64,000 nt of DNA. It comes from an uncultured delta proteobacterium (GTDB lineage Bacteria > Desulfobacterota > Binatia > Binatales > Binataceae). Below, piece after piece: positions 1-9,064 of the stretch. A program made the position numbers and the translations under genes. Each line of letters begins with the position of its first letter. Within the stretch, counting starts at the first letter, position 1. The stretch spans positions 1,920,001-1,984,000 of the forward strand of contig CAWEEQ010000004.1 of NCBI GenBank assembly GCA_963808235.1, written 5' to 3'. Below the pieces are notes generated by a model. The model had not been told where the DNA came from and searched no databases. It saw nothing but the letters and a program-made list of their open reading frames with translations.

Positions 1-153
1 GACCCCGAGATAAAAGTTTTCGATCACCGGAAAGCCGGGCGGAAAAGTGGTGCCGACCTGCGGAGTCGGCGGAGTGTGTGGTTTCGCGGCGACGGGAATT
101 GCCGAACATAGCAGGAGCAACATCGCTGTAACCACGCCGCCTAGTTGCTTCAT
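1..153 (-). CDS. Secreted protein, N-terminal part only (runs off the window start)
   Basis: Read manually: ATG at 153 with GGAGG upstream; MKQLGGVVTAMLLLCSAIPVAAKPHTPPTPQVGTTFPPGFPVIENFYLGV, a Sec signal peptide followed by a Pro-rich linker; open to position 1. Confidence 0.7.
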   Translation of the reverse strand, partial: MKQLGGVVTAMLLLLCSAIPVAAKPHTPPTPQVGTTFPPGFPVIENFYLGV

Positions 154-263
154 TCCGAGCCTCCGCTTGTCCGCCTGATTCGATTCAACGCGGTAATTCG
201 TTGGACTCCTCCCCATAGACCAAACGGCTTTTGCCTGCAAGGCGAGTTTCGAAAAGAGAAGAT

Positions 264-1652
264 TTAGACCTTGATCGTTTCCCAATGCCCGGTGCGGAAG
301 CGCCAGGTCTTCAGCGAGGAACGCACGATGTAGTCGGCGATCAGCGACCACCATATCCAAACGATACTGCCGCCGTAGTACGAAATCAGAATCGTGACCG
401 CAAGCCGCATCCCGTAAAAACCGGCCAGCGATCCGTAGAGCGGAAACTGGGAATCGCCGGCGCCACGGAGCGCGCCGGTGATCGTCCAATCGATTGCCAT
501 CAGTGGCTGCGCGGCGGCGAGCGCGTACATGAACTGCACGGTGTACTCGATAACCTGTTTGTCGCTGATGAAGAGCGCCGCGATCTGGTGGGCGAAGGCG
601 ATAAACACCAGTCCCATCAAGGTCATCATGATCACCGCCATCCGCGTCGATTCCCATCCCGCCTTGCGCGAGAATTTCGGGTCGCCCGCGCCGAGGCCCT
701 GGCCCACCAGCGTCGCCGACGCCGCGGAAAAGCCGAAGCCGGGCAGGAACGATAGCGCGAGAATTCGCACCCCGATGAAATATGCGGCGACCTCTTTTTC
801 GCCGTAGCGTGCGACGAACGCGACGTACGCGACGAAGCCGAACTGAATTATCAACTGCTCGATCGCGGCGGGATTGCCGACGCTCAAGATTCGCCGGCCG
901 AGTTCGAAGTCGGGCCACAGCCCCTTCCATCGAAAGTTCAGCACCATTCCGTCGATCGACAATGCGTAGAAGAAGAGTATCCCGCCGATCGATATCGCGA
1001 GCAGAGTCGCGACCGCGGAGCCGTCGACGCCGAGCGCGGGAAATCCAAACTTACCGAAGATCAAAACGTAGTTGAGAAAAATCGCGAGCACGTCGATGAT
1101 GCCGCCGATCCAGAGCGGCGTGCGCGTGTCGCCGGCGCCGCGCAGCGCCGACGCGCACATCAGAAAGATTCCCTGGAACGGTTCGGAGAGCATCACGACT
1201 TGCAGATATCGCGCGCCCATGTCGGCCATTTCGCCTTTGACCTGGAAGAGTCCCATCAGCGGCCGCGCGAACACGATCACCGGGATCGCGATGATCGTCG
1301 AAACCAGCACTCCGAACACGACCGACTGCTTCAGCACCTCCTCGGCGCTGTCGCGATCGCTCCCGCCGATGTACCGCGCAACGAGCGCGACGGTGCCAGT
1401 GCCGACCGCCGCGATACCCGCGCGCACCGCGCCGAGAATCTGCGTCGCGAGCCCGACCGCGCCAACCGCTTCGGCGCCGAGCCGCCCGACCATCAGCATT
1501 GAGGCGAGACCCAGGATCGAGTCGAGGCCGAAGGAGAGAATCACCGGCCACGCGAGCGCCCACACCTCCGAGCGGATCCGCTCGATCGGCGGCAGGGTCA
1601 TCGCGAGCCCGCCCTGAACCTCCGGAGGAGTTGCCTCGAGAAAATCTGACAT
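264..1652 (-). CDS. MATE family efflux transporter
   Basis: 462 aa, about 12 TM segments, two RGAGD motifs (LRGAGDTRTP, LRGAGDSQFP), VGQGLGAG motif. Confidence 0.93.
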   Translation of the reverse strand: MSDFLEATPPEVQGGLAMTLPPIERIRSEVWALAWPVILSFGLDSILGLASMLMVGRLGAEAVGAVGLATQILGAVRAGIAAVGTGTVALVARYIGGSDRDSAEEVLKQSVVFGVLVSTIIAIPVIVFARPLMGLFQVKGEMADMGARYLQVVMLSEPFQGIFLMCASALRGAGDTRTPLWIGGIIDVLAIFLNYVLIFGKFGFPALGVDGSAVATLLAISIGGILFFYALSIDGMVLNFRWKGLWPDFELGRRILSVGNPAAIEQLIIQFGFVAYVAFVARYGEKEVAAYFIGVRILALSFLPGFGFSAASATLVGQGLGAGDPKFSRKAGWESTRMAVIMMTLMGLVFIAFAHQIAALFISDKQVIEYTVQFMYALAAAQPLMAIDWTITGALRGAGDSQFPLYGSLAGFYGMRLAVTILISYYGGSIVWIWWSLIADYIVRSSLKTWRFRTGHWETIKV

Positions 1653-1780
1653 GACTTTGAACAGTTACGTCAGCACCAGCCTTGCTAGTCAATGGAGTGT
1701 GGGCGCGTGCCGATCGTGCGCGGCTCGACCAGATCGTGTGCGAATGCGAAATCCGCTATATCTGTCGACGGCGGGTGGAG

Positions 1781-3265
1781 ATGCTGGGGCCAAGTTCAGC
1801 GACCAACGAATCGACATTGCACGCAGAGCCGTCGCGGGCAGGACTATCGCGGCCGGTACAAATCTTTGCCGCGATCTTTGTGGCCGCGGCACTCGTGTAC
1901 TCGCATCGAATTGGTACCGACCCGCTCGGCGCGAGCGAGGCGTTTAGCGCGTGGTCGGCGGCGAAGCCCGGAATCGCCGCAATCGCGCAAACGCCGGTAC
2001 TGCACGAGCCCGGAAAATTTCTCTTCTACTACGGCGCGCTACACTACTACTCGCGGATTTTCGGCTTGAGCGAGCTCTCGTTACGCTCGATGTCGGTGAT
2101 CTTTTCGCTGATGACGCTGGTGCTGGTGTTCGCGCTAGGTCGCGAAATGTTCGATGACAGCACGGCTCTTGCCGCGGTGGCGATATGGGCATTCAACCCG
2201 CTGGCAGTGGTATTTGCCCACACCGCGCGAATGTACCCGATGCTCATCGCGCTCGCGCTGGCGCATCTGCTCACCTTGCTCCAGGTGCGCTCGCGACCGA
2301 ACGCCATACGGGGAATCGGATGCGGAATTCTCGGCGCAGCGATGCTCTATACTCACATGGCCGGGTTACTGATCCTCGGTGCGGAGGCCGCGATACTGAT
2401 CCGCGATCTCGCACGCGGCAGACGCGATACCATAGCGTGGATGGCGATAATTCTCGCCGGCGTTTTGTTCGTCCCGTACCTGCCCTACGCGATTCGACAG
2501 AGCCAGCAGATGATTTACGGGCAGTGGTTGGACTACCTGGGTCCGCCTTACAACTATCCGCTCGCGGTTAAAGTGGCGGCCGCACTGGTCGCGGCTTCGA
2601 TTGCCCTATGGCTGGTATTTGGCCGATCTCTGGAACGGAAAGGCGACGAACCAATTCGCCTGCTCGTGGTCTGGATCGCACTGCCCGCGTTGGTATTCAC
2701 CCTCGGGTCGGTGCTCCTGCATCCGATGTTCAATCCGCGTTACCTGGCGCCGGGAATTGCTGCGTCGTCGGTGTTGATTACGGGAGCCATCGATGTGTGG
2801 AGCACCAAGTGGCGCAATCTGCTTGCCGCCGGCTTCGCGCTGGCATGTGTGATCGTGCTGCCGTTCGACCGGTTTCAGCCGCAGCCGTGGCGAGATTTGG
2901 CGCTCCAGGTAGCTGCGTCGGGTGCGTCGGATCCTGTTTTCTTTGAATCGGGGTTTGTGTCAAACGAAAGCACGAGGAATGTCCCAAATGGCGGCTTTCC
3001 GTTCGGCTACTACTCAGTACCATTCAATTACTACTTCAAAGGAACCAATCCGCGAATAGCTATTCCGGGATATGACCCCCATACAGCGCAACTGACTATT
3101 GCGGAAAAGGTATCGGCGGCTAGCGGCGGATGGCTGGTAAGTTGGAAGGATCGCGACGAGGTGCAGACGGAGTTACCCGACGCGAAGCGCTTCCGGATCG
3201 TCGAGACATATGAGCAGCCGCGTCTGGCCGTTTATCGAATAACGCCGGCGTCGTCTCCCAGATAA
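1781..3265 (+). CDS. GT39/ArnT-like (GT-C) membrane glycosyltransferase
   Basis: Polytopic membrane protein with DEA-like SEAFS, SELSLRSMSVIFS, ARMYP and RYL motifs; start uncertain (ORF open from 1682, ATG 1781 follows GGAG). Confidence 0.8.
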   Translation: MLGPSSATNESTLHAEPSRAGLSRPVQIFAAIFVAAALVYSHRIGTDPLGASEAFSAWSAAKPGIAAIAQTPVLHEPGKFLFYYGALHYYSRIFGLSELSLRSMSVIFSLMTLVLVFALGREMFDDSTALAAVAIWAFNPLAVVFAHTARMYPMLIALALAHLLTLLQVRSRPNAIRGIGCGILGAAMLYTHMAGLLILGAEAAILIRDLARGRRDTIAWMAIILAGVLFVPYLPYAIRQSQQMIYGQWLDYLGPPYNYPLAVKVAAALVAASIALWLVFGRSLERKGDEPIRLLVVWIALPALVFTLGSVLLHPMFNPRYLAPGIAASSVLITGAIDVWSTKWRNLLAAGFALACVIVLPFDRFQPQPWRDLALQVAASGASDPVFFESGFVSNESTRNVPNGGFPFGYYSVPFNYYFKGTNPRIAIPGYDPHTAQLTIAEKVSAASGGWLVSWKDRDEVQTELPDAKRFRIVETYEQPRLAVYRITPASSPR

Positions 3266-3276
3266 CGGAGAAGCGT

Positions 3277-4587
3277 CTACGCCGTGGTCGATTCGGCAGC
3301 TACGACGCCGCCGTGAGCGGGCTCGCGCAGTTCGATTTTGCGGCAGCGCATGAACAGATCGCTGGCGCCGACGTAGGCGACTTCCTCGACGGCGAATCCG
3401 TGGCGCATCACGATTTGAGTCAACTGCTCACGCGTGTAGCGCGTTATGTGCTCGCCTTTGTGGTCGCCTGGCGTCAGAAATTCGTGCACTGGCTCAAGCG
3501 TCCGCCAAACGCGAGTGGCGTAGTCAGGGGTGGCAAGAATCAGCGTTCCATCGAGCTTCAGCACGCGGCGCATCTCCTCGAAGATTACCTCGTCATAGGG
3601 GATGTGCTCGATCACCTGCGACGAGATCACGCAATCGAAGCTCTGATCGAGAAACGGCAGCGCGAAGGCAGAACCGCGCACCAGCGGCGTCCCGTAGCGG
3701 CGTAGAAAGCGCAGCTTGCCGAAATTAGAGTCCATCCCGATTGCGTGGTTGAGACTCTGCACGATGAGGCCCGAACCGCAGCCCGCATCGAGGATAAGTC
3801 GAGCTCCGCGCGCCCACGTCACAGCGATGTGATGGCGGCGGCGATGCCAGTAGCGCTGAATCGGGATGATGCTGTAGAAGGCGCGCTCGTTGTAGTCTGC
3901 CGATTCAGACGAATTGCGCAACTTCCAAAGCTTGAGCGCCGAGTGCGCGATGTCGAGGCCGAAGCTGATTAGCTTCGCATGAGAACGCCCCGCGCCGCGC
4001 GGGAAGTACACGAAGGGCACCTCGACCACGCTGAACCCGCGCGCGTAGGCGCGAGCCAGGACCTCTTCCTGCACCTCAAAATTCTTCGAGTCGAGCTCAA
4101 GTCTCTCCAACGCTTCGCGGCGATAGAGGCGAAACCCGCTGGACATGTCAAGCACCGGTATTGAAAGCATCCGGCGCAACACCAGATTCAGAAACCAACT
4201 GGTCGAATTGCGAATGAACGATGAATACGCGACTCCGCCCCGGGTGTAGCGCGATGCCACCACGATGTCGCCGTGTTGGCGCGCCTGCCACATCTTGGCG
4301 ATGAAATCGGGATCGTGCGAAAGATCGGCGTCCAGGGTCAAAAAATAGTCGCCGCGCGCTTCGGCAAACCCGGTTTCCAGCGCGCCCGCGTAGCCGCGAC
4401 GGCGCTCGCCGACGACGCGCGCTCCCAGAGCCTCGGCCGTCTCGCGAGTGCCATCTGTGGAATTCCCATCCACGACGACGATCTCGTACGAGAGCTTCTC
4501 GCGTTCCAGCGAAGCTTTAATGCGCGGGAGCAGGATGAGCAGGTTGTCGCGCTCGTTAACGACGGGCAGGATTACGGAAATGTCCAT
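3277..4587 (-). CDS. Dpm1-like GT2 glycosyltransferase fused to a class I SAM-dependent methyltransferase
   Basis: N-terminal ISVILP..NE, VVDGNSTDGT, LDADLSHDP, DMSSGFRLY; C-terminal ILDAGCGSG, LPFLDQSFD, QVIEHI. Confidence 0.88.
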   Translation of the reverse strand: MDISVILPVVNERDNLLILLPRIKASLEREKLSYEIVVVDGNSTDGTRETAEALGARVVGERRRGYAGALETGFAEARGDYFLTLDADLSHDPDFIAKMWQARQHGDIVVASRYTRGGVAYSSFIRNSTSWFLNLVLRRMLSIPVLDMSSGFRLYRREALERLELDSKNFEVQEEVLARAYARGFSVVEVPFVYFPRGAGRSHAKLISFGLDIAHSALKLWKLRNSSESADYNERAFYSIIPIQRYWHRRRHHIAVTWARGARLILDAGCGSGLIVQSLNHAIGMDSNFGKLRFLRRYGTPLVRGSAFALPFLDQSFDCVISSQVIEHIPYDEVIFEEMRRVLKLDGTLILATPDYATRVWRTLEPVHEFLTPGDHKGEHITRYTREQLTQIVMRHGFAVEEVAYVGASDLFMRCRKIELREPAHGGVVAAESTTA

Positions 4588-4679
4588 TTAGATTGGCGCT
4601 TCGCGCAGTGGAGACATATCAGCAGCCGCACCTCACATCCACACGATCATGCCGCGGTCCTGGATCGATCGATGAAACC

Positions 4680-6758
4680 TCAAGCAGCTTGCGAGGTGGC
4701 CGGAATCGCCATCGAACCTGCGCCGACGCGGATCGGCAGAATCACCAGGCTGTAGCCGTAGAGCTGCAGCCAATTCTGAATTTCCACCGAGGTATGGTTG
4801 TGCAGGAAGCGGCCGATGAATCCTTCAATCTCGTCGGAAAAAATCAATTTGCCGGCAAAAAACACGACGTGCGGAAATTCGTGCGCGACCTCCAGGCACA
4901 GCCGGCGGAGCTCGACCACCACGTCCGGCGCGAGACCGGCGCGCAACTCCGAATGAAGGCCCAGGTCTTTGGCGAACTGGCAATACTCATTCAAATCCTC
5001 GCTCATCCGATTCTCGAGTTCGCGCACTTCTTCAGGCCCTTTGAGGAGCGCGGCGTCTACTTCACCGACGCCGATGAAAATTACATTTCGGAACTCACCC
5101 TTGAACAACTGGGTAACCGCAATCAGGGTCGCGAGGCCGAGACCGTTATAGCCACTGACTAATATCGCGGCGGTCGGTGCGTCAGGATCGCGCTCCGCGG
5201 GCTCGAGCTTTTTCACCGCGTACAGTTTCGGCAGGATATCGGCTTCGAGCTGCTCGATCGCCTTCGAGACTCGCTCATAATGACGCCGCACAACGAAGCA
5301 GAGCGAGATCAAGCCGCCCGTGATCACCACCGTTATCCATCCGCCGTCGTGGAACTTCAGCGTCAGCGTGATCATCAGAATCGTCGCGGTGAAAATAGTT
5401 CCGATACCGTTGATGCACAATTTGCGCAGCCATCGCTTTTCGTTCTTGCGTTCGATCCACCAATGGGTGGTCATCCCGAGCTGCGAAAGCGTGAAGGTCA
5501 CGAACACGTTGATCGCATATAGGACGACCAGCAAGTCGACTTTGGCCTCGGTGCCGATCAGAATAGCGATTGCCGCGAGTCCAATCGTGATGACGCCGTC
5601 CTGCGTCACCAGCCGCGCGCTCAGATTTGCGAATCTTCGTGGCAGCCATCGGTCCGACGCCATCGTCGCGAGCACGCGCGGACCGTCGACAAATCCGGTT
5701 TGCGCGGCGACGAACAGCAGCGCGCCCTCGGTCAGCAGCGCAAAGAGGATTATTCCTGGCCCGACCGAAAGGCCAAAAAACTTCCAGTTGGTCGCGAGCC
5801 GCTCGAACATCACCGCGTTCAGCGTCTTGCCAGCCTCTGCTTCGACGTTCAGAAGCAGGTATCCGAGCAGGATTCCGCCGGCGATAAACGCGAGCGACAG
5901 CGCCATGTAGATCATCGTGCGCTTGCCGGTCTCGGCGCGCGGCTCACGCAGGATCGGCAGTCCGTTGCTGACCGCTTCGATACCGGTGTAGGTGCCGCCG
6001 CCAAGGCTGTAGGCGCGGAAGAAAATCACCGCGAGCGCCAGCATCCCGATGCTGCTCGAACTCGCGTGCACTTCTCTGACCGCGTCACCGACGATTGACG
6101 GCAACTCCGGCGCGCGGCTCAGGATCGCATAGCCGACCAGCCACACATGCATAACGATGAACGCGATAAAAATCGGCAGTAGCGATAGCACCGATTCCTT
6201 AACCCCGCGGAGGTTCATCAGGACCATCAGCACTACGACCAACAGGCACGCCCAGAACTTGAACGGATGCCACGCAAGCGGCAGAAAACTGAAAATCGCG
6301 TCGGCTCCGCTCGCGATCGAGATCGCAATCGTCAGCACGTAGTCCACGACCAGCGCCGATCCGGAAACCAGCCCGAAATATTTGCCGAGCAGCTTGGTCG
6401 CAACCAGGTAGCCGCCGCCGCCGGTCGGGAACAGATCGATCGTTTGCGAATATGACGCCGAGATCACGAAAACCGTCAGCGCCATGAGCATCGCGAGGAA
6501 AACCGCGAGATACTGATGATGCCCCAGCGCCAGGAACGCTTCCTCGGGTCCGTAGCACGACGAACTCAGCCCGTCCGAGCCGAGACCGACCCAGGCGAGA
6601 AAAGCGATCAGCGAGAGACTATGGAAAATTTCAGGATCGCGAACATCGCGCGGCGGCCCGATCAGCACATCGCTCAGCGTGCGTTTGCCCGATCTCTCCG
6701 CATTCGAGCCGGTGACCTTCGTACCTGGGGCCTTCGGGCCGGTGGTCGATGATACCAT
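4680..6758 (-). CDS. APC family permease (KimA/YdaO-like, possibly a K+ transporter)
   Basis: DGLSSSCYGPEEA, GGGGYLVA and TGIEAVSNG motifs, 12 TM segments plus a soluble C-terminal domain. Confidence 0.85.
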   Translation of the reverse strand: MVSSTTGPKAPGTKVTGSNAERSGKRTLSDVLIGPPRDVRDPEIFHSLSLIAFLAWVGLGSDGLSSSCYGPEEAFLALGHHQYLAVFLAMLMALTVFVISASYSQTIDLFPTGGGGYLVATKLLGKYFGLVSGSALVVDYVLTIAISIASGADAIFSFLPLAWHPFKFWACLLVVVLMVLMNLRGVKESVLSLLPIFIAFIVMHVWLVGYAILSRAPELPSIVGDAVREVHASSSSIGMLALAVIFFRAYSLGGGTYTGIEAVSNGLPILREPRAETGKRTMIYMALSLAFIAGGILLGYLLLNVEAEAGKTLNAVMFERLATNWKFFGLSVGPGIILFALLTEGALLFVAAQTGFVDGPRVLATMASDRWLPRRFANLSARLVTQDGVITIGLAAIAILIGTEAKVDLLVVLYAINVFVTFTLSQLGMTTHWWIERKNEKRWLRKLCINGIGTIFTATILMITLTLKFHDGGWITVVITGGLISLCFVVRRHYERVSKAIEQLEADILPKLYAVKKLEPAERDPDAPTAAILVSGYNGLGLATLIAVTQLFKGEFRNVIFIGVGEVDAALLKGPEEVRELENRMSEDLNEYCQFAKDLGLHSELRAGLAPDVVVELRRLCLEVAHEFPHVVFFAGKLIFSDEIEGFIGRFLHNHTSVEIQNWLQLYGYSLVILPIRVGAGSMAIPATSQAA

Positions 6759-6847
6759 TTGATTGTGCGAGCGCTTCTCCTACTGCAAGTTGCAAATCTA
6801 AGTGAATCAAGGAGATTGCGCAAAGCAACGTCGGGTGGCAAGCGCAT

Positions 6848-7749
6848 TCAGACTGAATAGAGTGCGCGTTCGAGGCCCAGCTGATAGCGCGCAGCGTCGA
6901 TCAAGTTTTGCATCAGGGCGAGGACGGTCATCGGGCCGGTGCCGCCGGGGTTGAGCGTAATCCATCCGGCGACATCCTTCACCGCGTCGAAATCCACGTC
7001 GCCGATAAATTTGCCCGGGCCAACGCGCCGGACGCCAACGTCGATCACGCACGCGCCCGGCTTCACCATGTCGGCGGTGATTAAAAATGGGCGGCCGGTG
7101 TCGGCGCCGACGCATGGGATCAGAATGTCCGCCTCGCGGCAAATCGCGCCGAGGTCGCGAGTGTGCCGATGGCACCAGGTGACAGTCGCGTTGCGCAGCC
7201 GTCCGCCCAAAATAACCGCGGTCGGTTTGCCGGCGACGTCGCTGCGTCCGATCACCACCGCGCGCGCGCCTTCGACCGGCACTTTGTAATAGTCGAGAAG
7301 ACTGAGAACCCCGCGCGGGGTGCATGGAATAAATCGTCCCCATCGGCCCCGGTAAAATCCGCCGACACTCGCCGACCCAACCGCGTCGAGGTCCTTGTCG
7401 TAACGGATCGCGTCGAAGAGCCGGAACTGATCGACCGACTCGGGCAGCGGCACCTGGATCAGGATCGCGTTGATTTGCGGATCGTCGTTCAGTTTCCCGA
7501 TCACCCCGAGTAACGCGTCGATGCTCGCCTCGGCCGCCGTCATCCGGATTGTGCGGCTCTCGCATCCGAGTTCCGCCGCGGCGCGCTGCTTGTTCTTGAC
7601 GTATTGCCGCGACGCAGGATCGTCGCCGACTATGATCGCGGCGAGCGACGGCGTGCATCCAACTTGCTCTTGAGCAGGTCGACGTTGGCACGCAACTCGG
7701 GCATCAGAAGCGCGCTCAGCGCCCGGCCATCCATAATGATCGCAGCCAT
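6848..7749 (-). CDS. folD: Bifunctional methylenetetrahydrofolate dehydrogenase/cyclohydrolase, single-base frameshift near 7662
   Basis: Manual read: MAAIIMDGRALS...KSK in one frame, then GCTPSLAAIIVGDDPASRQYVKNK, PCTPRG, VIGRSDVAGKP and NPGGTGPMT in the next; span 902 nt (3n-1). Confidence 0.9.
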
Positions 7750-7882
7750 CGGGGTATGCGTCGATTATTTAGCACCGCATCAGGCCGGGCAAGCCGCTGT
7801 GGACAGAATGCGCGATGCTGTTGGCAGATCACGCGAGCTTGTCTCGTTCGTGATAATCCGGTTTGTTAAGATCTCCGCGCTG

Positions 7883-9016
7883 ATGAACGCGCCCAAGCGC
7901 ACTGTCCTTTACGATCTTCACCAAAAACTCGGTGCCCGGATGACGGTTTTCGGTGGTTTCGAGATGCCCGTCAGCTACAGCGGGATTATCGAGGAGCATC
8001 TTGCGGTCCGCACGGCGGCTGGAATCTTCGATCTGAGCCATATGGGTGAATTTGAAATCCGTGGACCGCACGCGCTCGAGACCGTCGAGCGTGCGTTTAC
8101 CAATTCTGCATCGCGGCTGAGCGACGGACAGGCCCAGTACACGATTATGTGCACGGAGGACGGCGGCACCATCGACGACCTGATCGTCTACCGGCTCGGC
8201 GCCGAGCGCTACATGCTCTGCGTGAACGCTTCAAACATCGCGGCGGATCGCGAATGGATTTTGGAACTCAACCGCGGCCGCGCCGAGTTTGAAGATCTCA
8301 GCGATACGATCGCATTGGTAGCGGTGCAGGGACCGTCCGCGGTCGCGATATTGGCAACGCTCGCGGATTTTCCGATCGCAAAGGTCGCGCGCTTCGGCGT
8401 GGCGAGTGGGAAAGTCGCGAACGTTACCTGTCTCGCGGCGCGAACCGGCTACACCGGAGAAGACGGATTTGAGCTGTTCGTGGAAAACAGCGGCGCGGCG
8501 AAATTGTTCGATGCGATTCTAGACACGGGTGCGGGCGCTGGAATCAAACCGGTCGGGCTGGGCGCGCGCGACACGCTCCGTCTCGAAGCGGGGCTGCCTC
8601 TCTACGGTCACGAACTCAATCGTAACTCGTCTCCGCTCGAAGCAGGACTCGTGCCGTTCGTGAAGCTTGGACGTCCGTTTATTGGCGAGCCGGCGCTTGC
8701 GGCTCAGCACAAGAGCGGGATTCCGAAACAATTGATCGGCCTTCGTACCGACGACGGCAAGATGATCGCGCGTGATGGATACAAAGTTTTTCGCGATGGT
8801 CTCGAATCCGGTGTGGTGACCAGCGGATCGTTCGCGCCGTCGATTCAGCGGCCGATCGCGATGGCTTACGTCAGTGCCGGCACGAACCCCGCGCCGGCAT
8901 TGGGTGACACTCTCGAAATCGAGATTAGAAACCGCAAAATTCCCGCGACTGTCGTGCGCCGTCCCTTCTATCGCCGGGACGACTCGCACGCGGCAGCATC
9001 AACTGCGAGCTTGTGA
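7883..9016 (+). CDS. gcvT: Glycine cleavage system aminomethyltransferase T
   Basis: FDLSHMG, RTGYTGEDGFE, GLGARDTLRLEAGLPLYGHE; ATG at 7883 chosen. Confidence 0.96.
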   Translation: MNAPKRTVLYDLHQKLGARMTVFGGFEMPVSYSGIIEEHLAVRTAAGIFDLSHMGEFEIRGPHALETVERAFTNSASRLSDGQAQYTIMCTEDGGTIDDLIVYRLGAERYMLCVNASNIAADREWILELNRGRAEFEDLSDTIALVAVQGPSAVAILATLADFPIAKVARFGVASGKVANVTCLAARTGYTGEDGFELFVENSGAAKLFDAILDTGAGAGIKPVGLGARDTLRLEAGLPLYGHELNRNSSPLEAGLVPFVKLGRPFIGEPALAAQHKSGIPKQLIGLRTDDGKMIARDGYKVFRDGLESGVVTSGSFAPSIQRPIAMAYVSAGTNPAPALGDTLEIEIRNRKIPATVVRRPFYRRDDSHAAASTASL

Positions 9017-9064
9017 TTCAATGACTTGGATGAGGAGGCGGCGGGCGAAGGAAAAGCAAATCAC

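Noticed and set aside
7604-7882. Long N-terminal extensions in the ORF track (gcvT from 7604; likewise SDR from 13014, lipoprotein from 53349, acyl-CoA dehydrogenase from 59153, UPF0175 from 58690)
   Set aside because: They overlap neighbouring genes or promoters, and family-typical N-termini begin at the downstream starts I used.
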